In this document: piece by piece, positions 55,801 to 64,000 of the stretch
Layout: every line of letters starts with the position of its first letter
How positions within the stretch are numbered: the first letter of the stretch is position 1
Origin: Diplonema japonicum
Taxonomy: Eukaryota > Protista > Euglenozoa: Diplonemea
Direction of reading: 5' to 3'
NCBI GenBank assembly: GCA_964019335.1
Contig: OZ025655.1
Span: 558,001-622,000, forward strand
Length of the DNA stretch: 64,000 nucleotides
Notes under the pieces: generated by a model
Databases searched by the model: none
Told to the model about the DNA's origin: nothing
Seen by the model: the letters and a program-made list of their open reading frames with translations, nothing else
Made by a program: the position numbers and the translations under genes

Positions 55801-58800
55801 CAGGGCTGCAGAGCTTAGCATGTGCTGCAGTTTGATCTGATTGTGCTCAAGAGACTTTCCTTGTTCCTCTTCGAGTTTGAGAAGCTTATCCTCCATCTCT
55901 TTGAGTTTGCGTTGTTCAAGGACAAGGCAGTTCTCGGAAGCTTCGAGTTTAGCAGCCATCTTGCGCGTCAGCAGCTCGCAGACCTCCTCCGGCGGCACCA
56001 TGACTATGTCAACGAGGTTGATGACGGACCCGACGCTGGGCGTTGTGTCATTCTCGAACTTCACGCAGGCGGCACTTGTGCCGTCCATCTTGATAACCTT
56101 GCCATGAACTGGGGGCTCGCCCACCGGTACTTTTAGCATCACTTCGTCGCCTGGCCGCAGCTTCAGGTCCCTTGATTCTAAAGCAAGCTCGGCGACATTC
56201 CTTTGCTCTTCAGCATGGGCTATTTTACCCGTCAATTCGTTGCACTGATGCTGCGTGTCCATGAGCTGCTTGCTCAGGCTGCGGATAAGATCTTCGTCTT
56301 GCAGTGCCTTGTGCTGCTTGGCAAGGTCTTCATTGCTCACTTTTAAGGCATCAATCGTATCTTGCAACTCATTAATCTTCTCTTGCAAGGCTTCTGCCTC
56401 TGCTGCCGCTTGCGTGTCTTCTGCTTTGCTATGTTCTGCGTTTTCTTTTTCCAACTCTTCCGTTCTTGCGGAGAGCGCAGCAACACTTTCCCTCATTGAG
56501 TCTGCCTCTTCCTCGTGTTGTGTCACTGCGAGTTTGTACTTTTCGGATTGTGCGCCTGCTTGTTCAAGGCTGGATTCCAATTCCAGTAGTTTGTTCTGTA
56601 AGTTAAAGAGTTCGCTGTTGTCCGATTCCTTGGCGGCGGCTTGTATCTGATCATAGGCGTCCTGCGTAATACTGGCAAGGTTCTCCAGCTTGACCATTAT
56701 CGTCATATCGCCGACCACCACGTTCAAAGCTGTCGTCCCATCGCCAAGTCTTTTGGAGTCCTCCACCACTGCGAGCTTCCCATTCATCTTCTGCATGCTG
56801 TTCTGCATGTTGTACGGCACAACAATAGCACCATTCTCCGGCACTGTCGATTGCGTCCTAACCTCATTCTGCTGAGCCGCCTTGTTGTTCATCTGCTCCA
56901 TTTCCAAGGCGGACTCGGCTGCCTGCCTTGCCTGCTTCTCGTTTCTCACGATGCACTCCACAACCTCCTCTCTTGGCATGGGCGTCATCTGGTCGGGCTT
57001 TAGCATCACCATCTTCCCATTAATGTCAACTACGGCAACTTGAGAGCCGTCTTTCACGACCTGGTGTTCGACCACCATGCCTTCTTGGCTGTTGATTTCA
57101 CTGTCGCTGCGCACGCCGTGCACCACTACAGTGGTCTGTAAATTGGGAAGTTGCGGTGTTGTCGTTGTTTTCGAAAGCTGGTCACGAAGCTCCTGCATCT
57201 CCTCAAGGAGTTCCTGTCGCTTGAGCTGCTCCTTTTGCAGGATGCACTCGCAAACGTCCGGCGGTGGGAACACTGTTATGTTCTTCGACTTCAACATCAT
57301 CGCCACATCCGGAGAGTCGAACTTGACAACGGCCACTGTGGTGCCGTCGGGGGCCGCACCATGTTCCTGCACAACGCCCTGTGCGCCGTTCAGCTCTTTT
57401 CTGTTGTTCAAGCCATGCGCAACCACACGCACCCCCACAGCAGGGACTGCCGAAGCCTTGGCCAAGTCGCTCTGGGATTGAACTTGGTTCTGTGCAACAA
57501 GCAATTCAGACTGCAATTCTTTTATTTTATCATTCAACTCACCCACCTCGGCATTCAGTTGCTTCCTAACATAGTCGCACACTTCGGGTACAGGGATCTG
57601 TGAGAAGTTCGTCATTCTCAGCATCAGCGTCTCGGAATCAAATTTGACAACAACAGCAGGCATGGCGTCAGGCAGCGTCTGGTGCTCGAGGACCTGGCCC
57701 TCCTGCCCGTTGAGGTGCGAGTTACTCTTCAGGCCGTGTGCTATAACCTTGCCCCCTATCGCAGGTAGAGCCACTGCAGGAGCAGGTTTGGCATCAACCT
57801 CCTGCTGCAGAGCAGCATTTGCTAACTTAAGACGCTCAAGCTCCTCCAACTGCGGCTTGAACATGTCGCCCATGATCTTGTCAAGCACGTACTGGTTGGG
57901 GATAGAGGTGAGGTTCTCCTTCCGTATCATGACTGTGGTATCGGGGTCGGTGAAGGTAATCAGCGGGACGGGTGTGCCGTCAGGAAGCGCAGTGGTCTCC
58001 TTCACCTCACCTATGAGGCCATTAAGCGACTCCATGGACTTCAAACCATGTGCCACCACTCTAGAACCTGGTGTGGGGACCGGGCTGTAGACAACTGAAG
58101 GGTTGGCATGCAAGAAGCCTTCCTCTAGTGTGCTTACATCCTTCGACTTCATGCGCTCCTTTTCCAGCTGAGCACTCAAGTTGGCCATTTCTTGGCCTAA
58201 GGTAAGAAGCTTTTCTTTCGACTCATCGAGCTCTTTCACCACAGCAGGGTCAGCGGTCGGGACCTCCTTCACCTGCGGCGCAGCTTGTTCTTCTGTTGTC
58301 GCGATTTCCTCCAACTTCGACGTGGCTTGCTGCAACAACTCTTCGAGCTCGGTTATCTTCTTGAGGGACTCGTCAAGCTTGGTGAGCGCAGGCTTCTTGA
58401 TCATTTCAACAAGCTCGTCAGAGGGGGGGGTGTAGATGTTCTGCAGCTTCAGCAGCATGGGGGCGTTGGTCGGGTTGTTGATGAACTCCACTAAGACAAC
58501 GTTAGTGCCGTCGGGGAGTTTCTGCCCTTCGGTGACCTTCGCCTCCTGACCGTTGAGGACCGCCATGTTCTTCAGACCGTGGACGTAGATTCTAGTTCCG
58601 GGGGCAGGGAGGTCTGGGGTGACGGGCGTGGAACGGACGGTTTGCAGCTCGTTGCGCAGAGACGCATTGTCCCTCAGCGCTTTGGATAGGTCAGCACACG
58701 TCAGTTTCAGCTGGTGCGTCATAATCTCATTTTTTTCGAACGCTTCTGACATGGCAGTAGCATGCCTCGCGTCCCGCTCCGTGACCTCCACCGATGACAG

Positions 58801-60476
58801 TGCATTGGCTTGAGAGTTCGGTGCTGCAGCAAGCCTCCATGCGTTGTATGCAACACGCTTTTCGTCCTGCCTGATGACCCTGCTGAGGTGCTCTGAGAGG
58901 CGCAGGTTGGTTTTCCGCTTCTCGAAAACGCGCTGTAGTCTGTTGAAGTCTGCCTCTTCCTCGAACTTGATCTCCTCACGCACGATTCGTTCTTTTAACT
59001 CGGTTCCAATCACGCTGCTGATCCTCAAGGAGTTCACAATGCACGCACCTGCCAGCATTGTCGCCTCCCTCGCAGCATCGAAGACAAGCTGCGTTCTGAT
59101 CTCTGCCTCCGCAGTCTCGAAACCACCAAGAACCTCGATGTCCTCTTTGCTCATGTCCCTTTTCTTCGACCCGTTAAGCGCTTCCACCCATCGTGACCTA
59201 TCTTGCTCATTGACAGCCTTCAAAACGAACGCGTCCCTCTTCTGTCCTACAGCGTTGACAGTAAAGCTGCACGAATCGTGCGGGACGGCAGAGCACTCGC
59301 ACCCCCTTGCCAGGTCGATTGCTGCTTTTTCTTCGTAGTAGTACAGCGTCGTCCCTCTCAGAGCGAAGTACCTGTCGTCCCAGCCTGATGAGAGCTTGCC
59401 TGGCTTCTGCTTCTTGAGATATCCGTCTTCATCAAGCGCATCGAGGTCTTTTCCCTTTTTCCCCTTCCCTGCTAAGGCGGCAGACGCTTTCAGACTAGCC
59501 TTGTGCGCAACCACGAATGCACAGTTCGGGACGTGTTTCTGTAGAAATATTTATATTGGCAACTAATGCATACTGAGTGTTCGCTCCAAGGAATGTCACC
59601 GGGGCTCCATTGCACCAGAGAGTACCCGCAGGTGAAGCAGGTGCACTTGTCTGGGTCTTTTTGGCTTGGGTTGTGATAGAAACCTGCAAAAGCAAGCTCT
59701 TTAGGGTTGACTTGCGCGGACTGGAGGTGGGAAGGCCAGCTGGCGAAGGTGCTGTATCGTTCTTGGTAGGTGACAAGGCCCGAGGGAGGTGTGAAAGATT
59801 CGCGTTTAACTTTCCTAGAAGAGCCTTTGGAAACGTCGGAGATGGTGGACTGCCTGCGGGAGGTGATGCTAGGGGCGACACTGCCCGAGGGCGTCCTCCC
59901 TGTGGGTGGGATTGAGGGACGGGGTGACCCTGTAGGCGGGACAGAAGGGCGATGAGACGAAGGCGCCACAGATGGCTTCCGCGCTGTTGGTGACAGTGAC
60001 GTAGAAGCAGTCCGAGACACTGTGGGGAGTTGTTGGGTGCTGCTGTTCTGCATATTTATATTTGCAGGGCGTAGTCCGATGAGTCCCTGAGGAGGCCCGA
60101 AGTTTACCACGAGCTTAACACTACCGTCAGGCGAGTCATGGTGCGCTTCGATGCGCCCCCTGAGGCCGTTCAAGTGGTGCTGCGTCTTCAGTCCCACAGC
60201 TTCAATCTCTGCTCCCACAGGGTACTTCGCGATAGTGGCTGCTCTGTCACTTTGCTTTTTGTCAGTAACCGGCTCAGGACTTCCTGCTGATATAACTTTG
60301 AAGTTCTGAGGCTTCAGCATCAGCTTCCCGTGAGGGGCAGGGAAGCTCACCAACGGCAGCACACCCTTGTCCCCCGCCTGGTGTTTTATAATCTTCCCTT
60401 GAACTCCATTTAACATAGGGAAGTTCTGAAGTCCCTGGGCCTCCACAATGGTTCCCACCTCAGGAAGCCCCGACAT
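52829..60476 (-). CDS. Giant multidomain protein (~2,500 aa): SH3-like repeats, BIR, PH, coiled coils, EF-hand
   Basis: Introns 59539-59573, 55569-55608, 54400-54434 and 54282-54316 join four ORFs plus an 83-nt EF-hand exon (DRDSNGRWSKEE); 7,503 nt in frame. Confidence 0.85.
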
Positions 60477-60968
60477 GGTTTCTGATGCTGCTTTACTCCG
60501 TTTTCACCATATATGTCAATCCCTGTGTTGGAAGATGAAATATCGAATTTCCGAAAGAAGCACTGTGGGATTAGGTTTGTGTTCGCCCACCTTGGAAAAG
60601 GAGGGCTCTTGGGGAAGTGCTGAAGGATAAGATAAATGGGATTGACAGTAGAACGGGAAAGAAAAAGAAGAATGTAATAAAAAAAGACCCTCCCTTCAGA
60701 TCCGAAAAGTGACCCCGCCTCAGTCTCAAAGGGGGTACACAGGGAAAAATCAAAAAAAAAAAAAAAATGTTCAAAGGATCACTGAAATCTTTTTTTATGA
60801 CAATCACTGGGACCCCGGTCGTTTTTAAATCGATTCCAGTCTTAGAAAAATCAATTAGTAATTTTCTTAGGATGCCATTTTGCGGCGGTGATCAGACACT
60901 TTTCGGATACGATGCGTGAAATAAATAATAAAAAAAAGAATTTCCTGATAACATGAGAAATCCTTTCT

Positions 60969-63361
60969 TCAGGGAATTTCCTTGTCGTCAACATCGGAAG
61001 CTCTGCTGCTGCTGGAAGTGTTGGATCTCTGAGAAACAAGATGAACGATGGAGATCTTGCGGGAGCCACGGCGGGCCACAGGGGAAGGTATCTCCGTCTG
61101 TTCAGTGTTGTTTGTTACAGGGGTGGTGGGATTGCGAGTTGCACTGGAAAATCTCTTGAAAGACACATGCAGCCCAACAGCAAAATAAGCCACGACGACG
61201 AGCCAGAACAGCAAGTACCCATACTTCCACTTCAGCTCAGGCATATACTCAAAATTCATCCCATAGATCCCAGACAGAAACTGCGCCGGCATAAAAATAG
61301 ACGATGCCACAGTCAGGAAGGCGAGCGTGTCGTTCAGCCTCACATCGTTGTAACGATTGTAATCTTGCGCTAGCGCCTTGCAGGTCTCTCTTAGTTGCAA
61401 CAGATCGTAAACAGCCTTTGTGGATTATTGGGGTGGGGGGGTGGGAATACCTGTTCAATTGTCTCGTCCACGTCCTGGAGGTACACCTTGCAGTCTGATC
61501 CGATGCTTCCGTCGGCGAGTAGCTGTCGTATCACGTGTTTCATAGGACGCGTGTTTCGATGCAGCTCGCCCAGCTCTAAGCTGATCTGTTTGAATTTTTA
61601 TTTCCGGGGCAGAAGAAGAAAAAAAAAAAAAAAATACCCATGACAACTCCGTCATATGCACTGCTGGGAAGTTCGTCTGTTCCACAACAAGCAATTCGTG
61701 GAACATCTGTAACCGGGTCCTATTTTTTTGTTTTTTGGTTTGTTTTTGTTTTTTTAAAAAAAAAAGATTCACTATGATAGGAACGAAGTGGTTAGCAACG
61801 GCCCGCCAAAAAAGAAGGAACTAGCCGTGGGGGGGGGGGGGGGGAAGAAAATTATTAAATCGGCAAACCTATAGGCATGTATGATAGGCCGGAGTTCGGC
61901 GAAGCAGGATGCAAGCAGTTCGTGCATCAAAAAGTCGGCTTTATTGTCTCGAACCTTCGTGTGACCAGACGCGATGCGCTGCTGCAGTTGTTGCCATAGC
62001 GTCATAGGGCCGGTGTCACGAGACCCCTCTACCGTTTGCTGCTTGCCGAGCACTATTGATATGACTGTGTCCCACTTGGGAGCACCTGAGACGAACAGGA
62101 GAATCTTGCTCGTGTTGTATGAGATACGAGGCTTCACGGACCTAAGGAAAAAGTAAGTCAGAGTCACGTAAAAATGGCTCCCAAACTTATCGACCTTTGT
62201 GCACTGTTCCATGCTGGAGTCCATGTCAAACACATCGTCGACGGAAAGGGGGTGCAGGTGGTATTTTACAGAAAGGTGTAGCAGCAGCATTTTGCTCAAC
62301 TTATCCACGTGGATCCACCTGTTGAAGCCTGACGGCCGGTGACCAAAGAAGAACTTCGTTGGTTCAGGTGGAGTTTTTATTATCATAGCCTCTTCCGCAC
62401 AGAAGTCGGTGTAGGAGAAATGCCCCATGTCCGTGTCCTTCGACAGTACGTGCAACTCGGCCAGTTTCAGAAATGTCAAGCAAACAGCGAACTCCGGGAG
62501 TGCAATTCTCCCGTCCTGGTTCAAATCCACACAACGGAATATTTGTTTAAGTTGGCCTTCAAGGGTCAAGCCTTGTTGCTTCAAAGCCAGCCCAAGCTCA
62601 TGCATCATAAGCAAGCCGTCGACGTCTCGATCAAAGCGATTGAACAGCTGCTGAAGCCGTGTGGGTGTCAGGTCGTATAAACTGTCGATGGAGCTCTCTA
62701 CCATCTTTTTCTCGGTGGTCGGTGCGGTCTCTGCGGACACCTTGAAGTCCCCCCAGAAGAACAGTCCATCGACAGTGCCGTCGCCTGTCTCTTTGTTGTG
62801 CTCCAAAAAGCTCGTCCACAAGTCCACCTCCTCCATCAAGGCGTCCAGATGCTTGTACCACTGGACCCAGTTCGTGACAGAGAAGGGGATAATAGCTTTT
62901 GTATGCAATCCCCCCCACATGTGATGATGGCAGGGGTCAGCCTCCTGCACTACGATCTGCCCGCCTCCCTTGAGCCTGCGCATGGGGGTGGTGGCTGTAT
63001 GCCCACGTGTCATGCTGTTGTGTCTTGAAGGCGACTTAACTTTCAAATGAACAGGAAGAGCCTCTTCCTTCCGCATGTCATTTAGACAGTTCATGAGCTT
63101 GAGCCTATCCCCAGTCTTAACACCCATACAGGCAATGTCGTTTGCTGTCAAGATCTCGAGCGCTTCGCCGTCTATCCCCTCAGAGACGAAGAGTTCCGAA
63201 TAGTCGTTGCCCAGGCCCAGCGAGCTCACCCATCTTGCAACTTGCTCCTTAGACCAATTGCTCCTTCCGAATATGTTTTCCGAGTTCATCGAAGAGTTAC
63301 CCGAAAGTGTGTCCCATGACTCACTGTCCCTCTTGTGCTTTGTGACAACATCGCGCAGCAT
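60969..63361 (-). CDS. CorA-family Mg2+ transporter with N-terminal SAM domain and EF-hand pair (718 aa)
   Basis: SAM (WSKEQVARWV..EGIDGEALEILT..MGVKTGDRLKL), EF loops DRDVDGLL and DLNQDGRI, YHLHPLSVDD, GIYGMNFEYMPEL. Introns 61720-61868, 61586-61637, 61416-61450. Confidence 0.9.
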
Positions 63362-63482
63362 CGTAGCATCTGCCCTCCCTGAGCTGGAGAATGGTGTGTT
63401 TTAAGCACGAGAACCAGAGGACGGGTGGGGGACACAAGGACCGTATAACTAAAGGTAATAAAGTATTTTTTGTTTCGGTTCT

Positions 63483-63519
<37 letters not shown>

Positions 63520-63543
63520 TTAAATTGTGTTGGTCCTCGTTAT

Positions 63544-64000
63544 TCACATAGTGGTGGCAGGCGTGGGTGACTTCACTGGGGGAAGGAACTGGCTATGCAT
63601 TCCGGCATATACGTGGTCTGCTGTGGAGGTGTGGGAGTAAGTTGGGGAAAAGAGTGTGAGTGGCTTCAATCGGCGTACAGAAACGTCCTCTGTGTACTCG
63701 GAGTGGCCCACAGAGCGAGGGGAGGCTGCAGAGGTTGGGCTGGCTGCATGGGTGGCGTAGCCAAGGCGCTCCATCTCGTTTGGAGGAAGCCTGAGCCCGT
63801 TTCTGGGGGGAAGAGTTGAGCTAGTGGGGTTATCGCTGACCCCGTACAGCGGTCCCTGGTTGGACATCACACGCGTTGAGAAGTGCAGCACGTGGTTATT
63901 CTGCGACACACCCATCGAGCTCTCCGCCGTGCACCCCACACGGTAGTGTGTGTTGGCTTCCAATTGGTCCATCTTGAAAGAGCATTTAGTCGATGATCCC
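63544..64000 (-). CDS. 3' end of a gene extending beyond the window; fibronectin type III-like segment + low-complexity tail
   Basis: Frame is open to the window edge; LEANTHYRVGCTAESSMGVS resembles the FN3 L-x-x-x-T-x-Y..A..G-x-S pattern. Confidence 0.6.
   Translation of the reverse strand, partial: GSSTKCSFKMDQLEANTHYRVGCTAESSMGVSQNNHVLHFSTRVMSNQGPLYGVSDNPTSSTLPPRNGLRLPPNEMERLGYATHAASPTSAASPRSVGHSEYTEDVSVRRLKPLTLFSPTYSHTSTADHVYAGMHSQFLPPVKSPTPATTM

Larger units (their letters stand above)
591..64000 (-). other. Unidirectional (polycistronic-type) gene cluster
   Basis: All 23 supported CDS and the tRNA are on the minus strand; no credible plus-strand gene. Confidence 0.9.

Noticed and set aside
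4620-59338. Numerous plus-strand ORFs of 100-260 aa
   Set aside because: Antisense shadows of minus-strand genes; no recognisable motifs.
1-64000. CRISPR arrays, transposases, retroelements, rRNA
   Set aside because: No repeat-spacer array, no RT/integrase/transposase motifs and no rRNA signatures seen.

Overview
Compact eukaryotic nuclear DNA, most consistent with a euglenozoan (diplonemid-like; this is inference from gene organisation and gene content). All 23 protein genes I can support, plus one tRNA, lie on the minus strand, forming one 64-kb unidirectional cluster of the polycistronic, trans-spliced type. The ORF track fragments many genes because they contain tiny GT-AG introns. I reconstructed 39 introns by hand; 36 are 32-55 nt, and every spliced model stays in frame. 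Recognisable genes: Ku70, Sec20, aminopeptidase O-like M1 peptidase, mitochondrial intermediate peptidase, CFAP44, acylated PPEF phosphatase, choline transporter-like protein, RPL17, a SAM/EF-hand/CorA transporter and a tandem pair of WW-domain genes. The most unusual items are: (1) a kinesin motor fused directly to an alpha/beta-hydrolase and a transglutaminase-like Cys-His-Asp domain; (2) a ~2,830-aa dynein heavy chain derivative with no tail, no stalk or microtubule-binding domain and a degenerate AAA1; (3) a ~2,500-aa BIR + PH + ~9 SH3-like repeat + EF-hand protein; (4) a class I methyltransferase-SET fusion; (5) a tRNA-Arg(UCG) inside a spliceosomal intron; (6) introns that avoid gene 5' ends. 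All domain calls come from visual motif recognition; no database searches were run.
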